Of a stretch of DNA of 64,000 nucleotides, positions 1-11,307 are shown piece after piece; the first letter of the stretch is position 1, and each line of letters begins with the position of its first letter. The DNA lies in the NCBI GenBank assembly GCA_002269645.1, contig NIVC01001101.1, forward strand, positions 62,001-126,000. The letters run 5' to 3'. The DNA is from Macrostomum lignano (Eukaryota). Below the pieces are notes generated by a model. The model was not told the DNA's origin. It did no database searches and was given only the letters and a program-made list of their open reading frames with translations. A program made the position numbers and the translations under genes.

Positions 1-407
1 ATGTCAACTGCAGAGATCGGTCTTTTGAATAACGCAGATGTTAAAACTTTTGTGTCGAACATGTGATTCACCCTCACTTTTAGCTGAACAACGATATGGA
101 TGATAATACAGAAATACACAGGAATTCCATCGATTCAAATTACTCGCTGTGTTAGAGCGCGGATGGCAAGCCTTTATGATACATTGTAGTCTCTTTCAAT
201 GCTGGCTTGGTCTTTTGCGCTGTGTTCTGGTATCAAGAGCAACATACGAGTATATTAGCAGGATCTGTTCATGAATGCACAACATTTGACTTGATTTTGT
301 CAAATGGGATCTATACTCTCGTATGCTTCAAGTTGTGGTGCACTTTAATTGCTAAAAATTTTCTGCGATAAATAATTTCTCGTTTGAAAATTAATGAATG
401 CTTATTA

Positions 408-1543
408 GTAGGGCGAAGCCCCCACTTTCTACAATGAAATTTAAATAAATTTTAGTCTATGGCCCACATCGACATTAATATGCACTGTAGTTTTTTGATC
501 CCATAAAGAGGGAGACAGAAGGTTTAAGAGAGCTGAGTAGAAAGACAGCAGATTTAATTGCTTGCATCTTTCATTTACGCAAACAAAATCGCCATGGCTG
601 ACGCAGAGCCAACTACAGTGGCAGAAGTTCTGCCTCCTCTATTTAACTACGGAGCTATGCCCAATGGTGAGATTTCAGGAGTAACATCCGGCGAGTTCGA
701 CTTGATTTGCACGTCATTCGATCATGCCCAATGTCATCAGAAAGTCGAGATGCAGCGAACCGCTATAGATTCTCCGAGAAAAGCTGCTAGAGGCTTTCGC
801 TATCTTCTTGAGTTTATGAAGAACGTCAGTGAGAAAGCAGGCCTTACTAAGGTGTACACCGACCGCTGCATATGGTAGGTAGTTTGACCTGTACTTTTGC
901 CCACCATATTCATGTGTCTCTGTGAACACATTTGAATCTAGACAAATCAGTTGCCAACTTTTCTTGAACTGCAGAGTAACTAGAGCGTGCCACCTGGATG
1001 CCTGTGGCCAGACTATCCAGGAGATCTTGCTCATCACTGGGCGAAAGTGTGAGTGAACTGTTAAGCGCTACTTATCGAGGCGACGTGATCGCAGTTTGTA
1101 TAGGGCATCTCTGGCTGTGGATCAGGCGCTGAATCATACAGTTTCCGAAACTAATGTCAATAATAAGATCGTTAAGCTAGCTCGTCCAAAATCCAATCAC
1201 AATAAGCAAGGCTACGATGGAGGAATGTGCGGATGTTTATCAAGAGCCTGTCCAGACCGACGGCGCACTACGTGTGCAGGCTGCTCCGTCAAAGAAGATG
1301 AAAGTGACCATTGACGGCAGTCGCAATCTGATCGATATTCTTTTTGAGAGACGTTTCTGTGTAGGCCTGGTATTAACTGATTATCATACGATTTCTTTGT
1401 TGAACAGTTTTTGATGTTTTTCTATCATAAAAAAATATAATTTACCCTTTGTTATTGTTTAAATTGCCGTTGCGTGTTAATGTCCAAAAATGACATTAAC
1501 ACGCATCCCACGCGCGTGTTATTGTCACCAAAAGTGCATAGCA
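408..1543 (+). mobile_element. Degenerate, internally deleted Crypton-like (tyrosine recombinase, DUF3504-type) DNA transposon
   Basis: FMKNVSEKAGLTKVYTDRCI, then a GT..AG intron (875-974), then *VTRACHLDACGQTIQEILLITGRKCE*TVKRYL. This matches the YR C-terminal pattern AGL..YTNH.IR.T....L...G....I...TGH....L..Y. Ends are defined by the empty paralogous site at ~47320-47350. Confidence 0.65.
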
Positions 1544-1661
1544 ATGAATTTTAACCTGAAACTCGACGAATGAAAAGACCTTAATGTTTGCCACCTTTTG
1601 GTCGTGACAATCGCCAGCCTAATAGATGGGGAGAGGCGCCTCTTTGTAAATCAGGAGCGCT

Positions 1662-1912
1662 CACCAAGAGATGGGGGGCGACCATCAAGAAAGAGGGGGG
1701 CGACCACCAAGAGAGAGGGGGGCGACCATCAAGAAAGAGGGGGGCGACCACCAAGAGAGAGGGGGGCGACCACCAAGAGAGAGGGGGGCGACCATCAAGA
1801 GAGAGGGGGGCGACCACCAAGAAAGAGGGGGGCGACCACCAAGAGAAAGGGGGGCGACCACCAAGAGAGAGGGGGGCGACCACCAAGAGAGAGGGGGGCG
1901 ACCACCAAGAGA
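1662..1912. repeat. G-rich ~21-22 bp minisatellite (GAGAGAGGGGGCGACCACCAA)n
   Basis: Direct tandem repeats visible; related array at 47465-47708. Confidence 0.95.
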
Positions 1913-2982
1913 CAGTGATTGTCTACCAAGAGTCAGGGCGGGGGGGGGTTGCCTACCAAGAGACAGGGGTACCAAGTAAGAGACACTCGGTGCGACACTA
2001 AATGTTCCAAATATTGGCACCCTTGCGCCCCCTCCAATTAAAATACCTGCGTATGCCTCTGACTGCAGTTTTCTGCAACTAGTGTTTGAGAGATTCTTTC
2101 TTCCCCAGCTGTGGCTCAGCAAGTACAGCAAGTGACTGACTCGCGTAATGAGCTCCCGCCAAAATGCCAATGGGATCCAAAACCAACTCAGCAGTGCTGA
2201 GTCGTCTGACGGAAAATTAACCATTAGCATTTTTTTGTTTTTGAGTCAATTTTAGTATCTGTATATTTCTCATTTGTAAATAAATATGCAAATAAATAAG
2301 AGTTATAAATGGAGCTTTGAGCTAATAAGCTAGACATATCAGATTATTGCGAACATATTTTCACATTTCTACAGATACTACAGAGTTACATGTACTACTG
2401 AGATCTGCAGACAATGGCACTAACTGACAGGTTGCCTTATATCAAGTGGCTGTCAAAATTGTAACCTATATTTTTATGGTAAAAAGTCAATTGTCGGCAT
2501 TTTTAACACCACCAGTTTTGGCGGTGCTGGTTGAAGGGCGCTCCGAGGTAAATCAGCCTCAAAGAAGACAAGCAACGGAATACTCGCTCGATAACGTCGG
2601 TTTTGGTTGCCAGGTGCGAACCGAGACGCGTTCTGTGCCGTACTTAGTTTTGCTGGCGTAAAATTAATTATAAGACAGAGGACAGTAAGTAAATTGGCTA
2701 TTGTTTCTGAGCGAGCTGGTAAGCGCTTGATTCGAGTTTATCAAGCTGAACTGGAGACTAGCTGAGATAAGCTTAGATGAGATTGGTAATGCGCTACATT
2801 TAGCTGCTCCTCTAAAGGAGAAATCTTCAATCTGATGCTCCACAAGCTGGCATATGGTCAATCGAGCACTGAACGACAAAAATAACTTCCTGTATTCCTA
2901 ACGCATTTAACGTCCTTTAACCTACGGGTACTTTAGCAAAGACTACTCAAGTAGAAAGACGGGAATTGGATTGCTTAGAAAA

Positions 2983-3494
<512 letters not shown>

Positions 3495-3509
3495 TGAGAA
3501 TGAAAATTT

Positions 3510-3918
3510 ACGCAACTGTGTGCGCCACCCGCGATGGCCGGTGCATTCTGGCCAGCTGCTCCGATGCCAGACTCCGCCTCATCGACCGGGACACTGGCGA
3601 CCTGCTGGCCAGCTACTCGGGTCACAGCGTGGCCGATCTGTCAGTTGAATGCGACGTGTCCGCAGGAGACTGGCTGGTTCTGTCCGGCTCGGCTGGCGCT
3701 CTGGCGAGCTGATCTGCTGGGATCTGCTCAGCGGCGAGCTGCGGTGCAGGCTGAGGCATCCCGCAGCTGAGCCCGCCAGGGCTGCAGTCAGGACTCAGGC
3801 TTCGGTGGTGCAGTCTGTGTCGGCTCATCCGAAACTGTGCAGAGTTCTCACCGCGATGGGCGATGCGGTGTTCTTGTGGGCAGATCCGGCCCATGCTATC
3901 GCTGATGAGCCTCAGTGA
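3510..3918 (+). pseudogene. WDR83: WDR83/MORG1 3' fragment with frameshift
   Basis: CATRDGRCILASCSDARLRLIDRDTGDLLASYSGH...VVQSVSAHP...LTAMG matches the WDR83 C-terminus. 1-bp deletion at ~3697 relative to the 15680-16086 copy. Confidence 0.75.
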
Positions 3919-4556
3919 CCTCTGGTGTCGTCTTGTGAAGTTTTTAATAAGCTGCATTTTTCTAGTATATCTGCTGTCTGTGCAGACTGAATTTTTCCTG
4001 TGCTGTAATGTACTGTGCTATTACAAGTGGAGCTATGACGTTTCTCAATAAAACCTAATGATTATCGTTTTCATATTTAGAAAATAAAAAGCAAGCATTT
4101 TTATTCATTTTTATTATATTTGGATTTAAGGCTGGCTCAGGCTCAGCTGCTTTAGTTTAGGAACTCTCTAAATATATGATTGTTGAAGCAGTATTTTTAG
4201 ATTTTGTGTTTTAAACAGGAAACATCAGAGTGAAATAGTGACAAGACTACAAATTGATGAGTGACAAGGCAGCTACAAATCGTTGTTGCTCAGTGCTACT
4301 ACAACTTGATATCAGTTACAGGGCTACAACAAATTAATACGAATGACAAGACTACTATGGATTTGAAATAGTTCAAATGGCTACTAAAAGTTTATTAGGT
4401 TGAAAGAGCTGCTACTCCAGTCGTTTCTCGTCGTGATGGTCGAGTGTCTCTGGCACCGCCGCGCGATGCTATGGTTTCACATTCATGTTTATGTTTATCT
4501 TAATATGCATAATGACGTTCATCGCCATATTCATATTGACCTTCATCTTCATCATC

Positions 4557-6380
4557 TTCTTCTTCTTCTTCTCCGTTTATCGCCTTGCGGCGTGGAGTGA
4601 ACAGCGTCAGGCTTCACCGCAAGTGCGTTTGTGTCGCGCCATGTTTGTCGCCGATAACGTTCTTCCGCACTTGTCGCATTCTGCTGTCTTCCTTCGGTAT
4701 TTTCTTGCTCTTCTCTTGTTCTCCTCCATCTCCGGTGGATTGTGGTGTTGTTCTTTACATGTCTTTCTGTGCCTCGCTAGGTTCGATTTTACGATTGTGC
4801 TTCCACATTGCTGACATTTTACTCTTGACGCATCTATTTCCGTCTCGCCTTGGCACACCTTCTCATGGTTTGCCAGGGTCGCTTCCTGTCGGAACTCCTT
4901 GTCGCATTTGTGGCATCTGAATTTCACCGGCTCTTTAAACACGCGATGCATCCTCTTTTGGTGGATGGTTAGTCCGCCCTTGCTTTTACACACTTTGCCG
5001 CAGAGTTCGTATTCGCATTTGAAGCCATCTCCAACCTCTCTCGGGTTCGTTTTTACGTGGTACCGTTCTTGACTTCGTTCGATCAGGCTGTTGTTACTGT
5101 CCGTCTTGGCCTTTTTTCCTTGCACTCTCTCCCACTCTTGTAGGTGTACAGTCCGCTGGTGTACTACGTTCCGCCAGTGTTTCCTGTCGAGAACGTGGCG
5201 TTCGATGTCTTGCGGTTCCATACCGGCTTCCCGGATGAGGCGCTTCCAGTAGGATATGGTGTTGTTTTTCCGTTTTTTGCGCTTAGGGATCCTTTCCAGG
5301 CCTCTGTACCACCCTAATACGGCTTGCTTTATTTGTCTGTCGTCTTCCATCCGTAGGACGTGGCCAATCCTTTTTAGGTGACTTTTCTCAATCTTTGTTC
5401 TTAATGACACAACACCTAGTTCGTTGCGGATATCTTGCATATTTACTCCTAGGCTTTCCATTTCGCGCAGCGGTTCCATTCTCTTGTTGGACCAAATGTT
5501 GCGGTATGTTTTGTCGATGAACTGTTGCATTTTCTTGATTTCGCCGAGCAGGAACGGGCGGGTGTTCGCATGGAACAGGAGTACACTTTCCACGCACGCC
5601 TCGACCACTTTAGCTTGTGTGGTCTTTTTCAGGCGGCATCGATGGAACCTTTTCCTGATCGCATTCCACGCTTTGGCGGCTCTCTGGATTCTTTGCTGTG
5701 TGTCGTATCTCCTATCCATCCACGACCCTAGGATGCGAGTTTTACCTCCGACGGATGTTCCTAGGGCCATCTCCTCCTGTTTCTCGTCATTTGTCAGTTC
5801 TTCGAACTTCTTCATATTCTCTTTGGTCGTTGTTAGGCTTCTCGTCAGTTCTCTGCCATTGCCTAGGATGGTGGTGTCGTCTGCAAAGAGCGATGAGGTC
5901 CACTTGACCGTTCGCATCTCCGAGTTGTACTGGTTGATTCTCTGAGGTGGCAAGGAGTGTCCAGGTAAGTACGTCCATTCCACCCCGCAGCTTAATCCTC
6001 TGCTGGCCGCTTCTGTCTCCCGAGTTTCTTCCGCTTTCCTGATGCTCGCCTGGTGGTAGATGTTAAATAATATCGGGGAAGTTGGGCATCCCTCGCGTAA
6101 GCCTCGCTCGGGGTAGCCATGTTTCGCTTGATTTCTCCTTGCCTTGCACTTTATACGCGGTATGTTCATGCAGGTCTTTCAGTTTTTCGATCGTCTCTTG
6201 CGGCATCTTGTACGCTTGGAGGATTCCCCACAGGATCGGCTTGCACACTCTCGGATATGCCTTACGGAGGTCTAGGAGGATTGCCGTTTCTGTGTCTTCG
6301 ATGTTGCAGTCTCCTGATGCTCTTTTTGTTTCCAGGTACTCGGCAATGTCCTCGTGCATCCTGGTGAATATCTGTGCGTT
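4557..6380 (-). mobile_element. 5'-truncated RTE-clade LINE (copy 1): RT C-half, four Zn fingers, 3' stem-loop, (GAA)5 tail
   Basis: GLREGCPTSPILFNIY, LFADD, IGHVLRMEDDRQIK and DRKHWR motifs. Near-identical to 16821-18643. One extra G at ~6110 frameshifts it. Confidence 0.95.
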
Positions 6381-8280
6381 CGTCTTCATCTTCATCTTCG
6401 TCTTCATCTTGATCTTCGTCTTCATCTTGATCTTGATCTTCGTCTTCATATTGATTTGGATCTTCGTCTTCATATTGATTTGGATCTTCGTCTTCATCTT
6501 GATCTTGATCTTCGTCTTCATATTGATTTGGATCTTCGTCTTCATATTGATTTGGATCTTCGTCTTCATCTTGATCTTGATCTTCGTCTTCATATTGATT
6601 TGGATCTTCGTCTTCATATTGATTTGGATCTTCGTCTTCATATTCATCATCGTATTCAAAGTCATCTCTGTTCACAAATTCGATTCGCCAGGTTGTAACA
6701 ATTACTCGACCATTCTCCACCTTTGCCGCTTTGTACTGAACACCTGCATCGGAGGACAGGATGTACTGCGGTGTTTCTGATGTCGGCCACAGTGTGAGTG
6801 AAGGTGCGCAGGGAGCCAGTTGAAATTCAGCTGGAACAGAGTTCTCCCCAGCCACGGCATAGGCATGGTCTTTTGTGTCACTGCACAAGCCCGGCGTCTG
6901 GCATGGTCCCATATAGAACGACCTTGAGTTGATCAGCTTCTTAGTAATGATGCAGATAGTGAAAACATTCCACCTATCAGACAAGAACAGCATCTGGTCT
7001 CTGACTGACATTTTCGAACCATCTCTCATGAGCTCACAACCACTGGGTATGGGAAAAGCCAGTTGAACCTTACCAGAGTCTTTCTCGACTCCCACAATGG
7101 CCAGATGTCGATCTGGCTTTTCAATTAGAGCAAACAGCTTGTCGCAGTTTCCAGCAATGCACCACAGCTCCGTAGCGCCTTCGTGCAACTCGGTGATGCA
7201 GATTCTTGACTTGAGAGCTCCGCTGAGGTCGGTCACTGTCACCGCTGTCTCCTGAGCGATGAACAGCAGCTGTCGCTCATTGTCGCAGTGGAGATCTCGG
7301 ATCGGCTGATCGGCCTCCCAGCTGCACGTCAGGCGTCCAACTTCTTTTGCATCATCGGAGAGCAGCAAAATTTTAAACGCCATGTCATTCTGGTTTTCCG
7401 GCAGTACCGAAACCCTTGATAATCTTTTATGCTGTTCTTGATCACTTTCAGGTTGTACAGCTACAAAGATACTCGGCTGTGGCAGACAGTTGCTGCAATC
7501 CCCAGCAGCCTTCTCAATCACACCTGACTCGTCAATGACAAAACCTGTGGTGTTGCTGCACACTGTCAGACAAAACGCCCTCTTCAGAATCTCTGGCCTC
7601 TTTGTACTCTGTTCTGCTTGAAGTCGAATTTCTTTTGTGCTTTTTTGTGCTTGAAGTAGAATTTCTTCATGAATCTTCCTAGAAACTGCAGCAGGATCAA
7701 ACTGCTCAACGAGTTTTCTAAGTAAAACCAAGTCAGCGCGCATTGCCGTCTCAAGCTCTCTGATTCTCGAGTTCAAATCCGGGTAAGCTGCGATTTCGAC
7801 TGTCTGACTTTCCTTATCCAATCTCACCAGATTCGAGTCCAGCTGCAATGTCTTCAGCCATCCCTCCATGCTCCTGTTGATGAGGAAGGCCTGCCTCGTG
7901 TTTTTGTCATCCTTGGCTCTCTTTAGCTCCTTCTCGAAGTCTTCCAGCTCTGAGACACTTGACAGATGGTCCATCAGTTGGTCATGCTGTTTGGTAACGA
8001 CAGCAACGAGCTCACTTTGACACCTGTCCAATGTCTCTCTCAGGTCGGTAAAGGTGTCATCGAGCAGCTGCAGGTCGGATGTGAGTCTCTGCTGCATCAG
8101 TCTCATGGGCTCCTGGTACTTCTTGAAGAGCTGCACTTTCTGGGCTACTCTGGCTTGAGCCTCGTCTACTTCGATGAAGTCTTGCTGCATGTGCAGGTCG
8201 CAGAGAGGCTGGCAGGTCACAGGCGACTCACCAACAGCGGGACTGCGGCAGAGGCGCACTGAACAGCTTTCTGTCTCCAT
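6262..8280 (-). CDS. B-box-like Zn motif / coiled-coil / predicted beta-propeller protein with acidic tail (copy G1); acidic tail interrupted by RTE
   Basis: Open from ATG 8280 (METESCSVRLC..CQPLCDLH, C-x4-C-x11-C-x3-C-x2-H), through a heptad-rich region and a beta-rich domain, to (EDEDPNQY/EDEDQDQD)n. Reads ~40 aa into the RTE and stops at 6262. The original end EDEGQYEYGDERHYAY* is displaced to 4500-4556. Confidence 0.75.
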   Translation of the reverse strand: METESCSVRLCRSPAVGESPVTCQPLCDLHMQQDFIEVDEAQARVAQKVQLFKKYQEPMRLMQQRLTSDLQLLDDTFTDLRETLDRCQSELVAVVTKQHDQLMDHLSSVSELEDFEKELKRAKDDKNTRQAFLINRSMEGWLKTLQLDSNLVRLDKESQTVEIAAYPDLNSRIRELETAMRADLVLLRKLVEQFDPAAVSRKIHEEILLQAQKSTKEIRLQAEQSTKRPEILKRAFCLTVCSNTTGFVIDESGVIEKAAGDCSNCLPQPSIFVAVQPESDQEQHKRLSRVSVLPENQNDMAFKILLLSDDAKEVGRLTCSWEADQPIRDLHCDNERQLLFIAQETAVTVTDLSGALKSRICITELHEGATELWCIAGNCDKLFALIEKPDRHLAIVGVEKDSGKVQLAFPIPSGCELMRDGSKMSVRDQMLFLSDRWNVFTICIITKKLINSRSFYMGPCQTPGLCSDTKDHAYAVAGENSVPAEFQLAPCAPSLTLWPTSETPQYILSSDAGVQYKAAKVENGRVIVTTWRIEFVNRDDFEYDDEYEDEDPNQYEDEDPNQYEDEDQDQDEDEDPNQYEDEDPNQYEDEDQDQDEDEDPNQYEDEDPNQYEDEDQDQDEDEDQDEDEDEDEDERTDIHQDARGHCRVPGNKKSIRRLQHRRHRNGNPPRPP
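6381..6655 (-). repeat. 24-bp coding minisatellite (GAAGACGAAGATCCAAATCAATAT / GAAGACGAAGATCAAGATCAAGAT)
   Basis: Direct; encodes EDEDPNQY/EDEDQDQD in the G1 frame. Confidence 0.95.
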
Positions 8281-9265
8281 GGCTTTCTGTATATGAGATG
8301 AATCTTCGCACAGCGAAATATCTATGTTTGTGGTTCTGTTTTTGTATCCTGCGGTGTGCGCAGCAGCTAGCAAGAATCAATGTACTGTCAATTTTGTGAC
8401 AATTGGTGTTTGAAGAATGGAACATGATGTATGCAGCATAAGATTAATGTACAAACTGCCTTACAAGGTACCGTAGATTATGGAAGAAAATTTGGGTTAG
8501 AAAATGAGTGTACTCTCTTGTAAAATAGAAAAAAAAGAAAACGAATGAGATGGAATTACGAGCGTAGATGCTAGCATAGCTCAGAACTTTAAGCTTCTGC
8601 TGTGTCGCAGAGAAGAAGTTTTCTCTCTTTGGTTATAAAGTATATAGGGTAATGACTATCAGAAGTCTATGCACAAATTACCACGGGCCTTACCGTTGTA
8701 CAAGTATGCGATGTCAGCTCTTAACGCTCTTATTTTAGGCAAAGTGACCATAATAAAGATTTTTTAAACATTTTAGAACTCTCTAGTAATATATGAGACT
8801 CTTCAGTCATCTATGAGAGTCTCCAGTCATATACTTTTACGTCTACAGTGGGAGCCATGTCGTTCCTCAAAAACTATTTTCTCAAACTTCTTGGTATATA
8901 CATACAATGATTTAGGTTTAATGAAGGTTTATGGTTTGATAACGCTCTAACAAAATTGTTATTAGAAACTCTGTCTTTTTCAAAAGTTTTATATTTAGTA
9001 CTTTTAACAGGACCCTGCAAAACGGCATTCGTAGTAATCGTAGTAATATCGTAGTATTAATATTAATATCGTATTAATATCGTAGTAATAAGGCCAGAAG
9101 AAATTGATATAAATGAGTGACAAGGCCACTACTAACCCAAAAAAGTAAAACGGAACAGAAAACTGTCTTTAAGTGTATTCTCATAATTATTTAGCATCCG
9201 ATACTCGAATGGTTCCTGCCGCTGCAGAAGCTATAGTTGGCTCTTTTTCCTTGCCGAAAATTGAA

Positions 9266-10882
9266 TCACCCTTCTTCGTCTTCGTCTTCATCTTCATTAC
9301 TGTTCACACAGTCAATACGGCAGGTTTTCACAATGACTCGACCATTCTCCACCTTTGCCACTTTGCACTGAGCGCCTGCATCAGAGGACAGGATGTACTG
9401 CGGTGTCTTTGATATCGGCTTTCGTGTCAGTGAAGGTGCGCAGATAGCCAGCTGAAATTCAGCTGGAGAAGAGTTCTCCCCAGCCACAGCATAGACCTGG
9501 TCTTTTGTGTCTCTGCACAAACCTGGCATCTGCCAGGGCCTCCGACGGAGCGACCTCGAGTTGATCAGCTTATTAGTAATGATGCAGACAGTGAAAACAT
9601 CGCGCCTATCAGACAAGAACAACATCTGATCTCTGACTGACATTTTCGTATTTTCTTTAACGAGCTCACAATCTCTGGGTATGGGACAAGCCAGTTGAAC
9701 CTTTCCAGAGTCTTTCTCGACTCCCACAATGGCCAGACTACTGTCTCGCTCTTCAACTAGAGCAAACAGCTTGTCGCAGTTTCCAGCAATGCAACACAGC
9801 TCCTTGGTGCCTTCGCGCAACTCTGTAATGCCGATTCTTGACTTGAGAGCTCCGCTGAGGTCGGTCACTGTCACCGATGTCTCCTGAGCGATGAACAGCA
9901 GCTGTCGCTCATTGTCGCAGTGGAGATCTCGGATCGGCTGATCGGCCTCCCAGCTGCACGACAGACGTCCAACTTCTTTGGCCTCATCGGAGAGCAGCAA
10001 AATTTTAAACGCCATGTCATTCGGGCTTGAACTGCTTTTATGTAATCTCTCGAAGCAGAGTTGCTGCTCTTGATCAGCTTCAGGTTGAACAGCTACGAAG
10101 ATACTCGGCTGTGGCAGACAGTGGCTGCAATCCTCAGTAGTCTTCTCAATCACACCTGACTCGTCTACAAAAAAACCTGTGGTGTTGCTGCACACTGTGA
10201 GACATGCTGCAGTCGTCTTCAGCCTCCTTGCCTCGATTTTGCTCTCTTCTGCTTGAAGTACAACTTCGTCATCAATCTGCCTAGAAACGGTAGCAGCATC
10301 AAACTGTTCAACGAGTTTTCTGAGTAAAACCAACTCGGCGCTCGTAGCGGTCTCAAGCTCTCTTATTCTCTAGTTCAAATCCGGGTAAGCTGCGATTTCG
10401 ACTGTCTGACTTTCCTTATCCAATCTCACCAGATTCGAGTCCAGCTGCAATGTCTTCAGCCATCCCTCCATGCTCCTGTTGATGAGGAAGGCCTGCCTCG
10501 TGTTTTTGTCATCCTTGGCTCTCTTTAGCTCCTTCTCGAAGTCTTCCAGCTCTGAGACACTTGACAGATGGTCCATCAGTTGGTCATGCTGTTTGGTAAC
10601 GACAGCAACGAGCTCACTTTGACACCTGGACAATGTCTCTCTCAGGTCGGCAAAGGTGTCATCGAGCAGCTGCAGGTCGGATGTGAGTCTCTGCTGCATC
10701 AGTCTCATTGGCTCCTGGTACTTCTTGAAGAGCTGCACTTTCTGGGCTACTCTGGCTTGAGCCTCGTCTACTTCGATGAAGTCTTGCTGCATGTGCAGGT
10801 CGCAGAGAGGCTGGCAGGTTACAGGTGATTCGCCAACAGCGGGACTGCGGCAGAGGCGCACTGAACAGCTTTCTGTCTCCAT
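9266..10882 (-). pseudogene. Paralog G2 of the B-box-like/coiled-coil/propeller family with a single in-frame TAG
   Basis: ORFs 10370-10975 and 9266-10333 are in the same frame, separated only by TAG at 10370-10372 (TCG in G1 and G4). Ends EDEDEDEEG*. Confidence 0.8.
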
Positions 10883-11307
10883 GGCTGTCTGTATTTGAGA
10901 TGAATCTTCGCACAGCGAACTATCTATGTTTGTGGTTGTGTTTTTGTATCCTGCGGTGTGCGCAGCAGCCAACAAGAATTAATGTACTGTCACGTTTGTG
11001 ACGATTGTTGTTTGCAGAATACAGTGTTTGCGGCATGAGATAAATGAACAGACTGCCTTTCACTGTACAGTTTTTATGAAAAAATTAGGTTTAAAAATGG
11101 GTGTATTCTCTTGAAAAATAGACAAGAGAAAAAGCGAATAAGATGGAATGAGATGCTACCATAGCTGAGAACTTTAAACTTATGCGGTGTTGCAGAGAAG
11201 CAGTTTTCTCTCTGGTTATAAAGTTTTTAGGGTTATGAGTATCACAAGTCAATGCACGAATTAACACGGGCCTTACCGTTGTACGAGTAAATGATGTCAG
11301 TTCTCAA

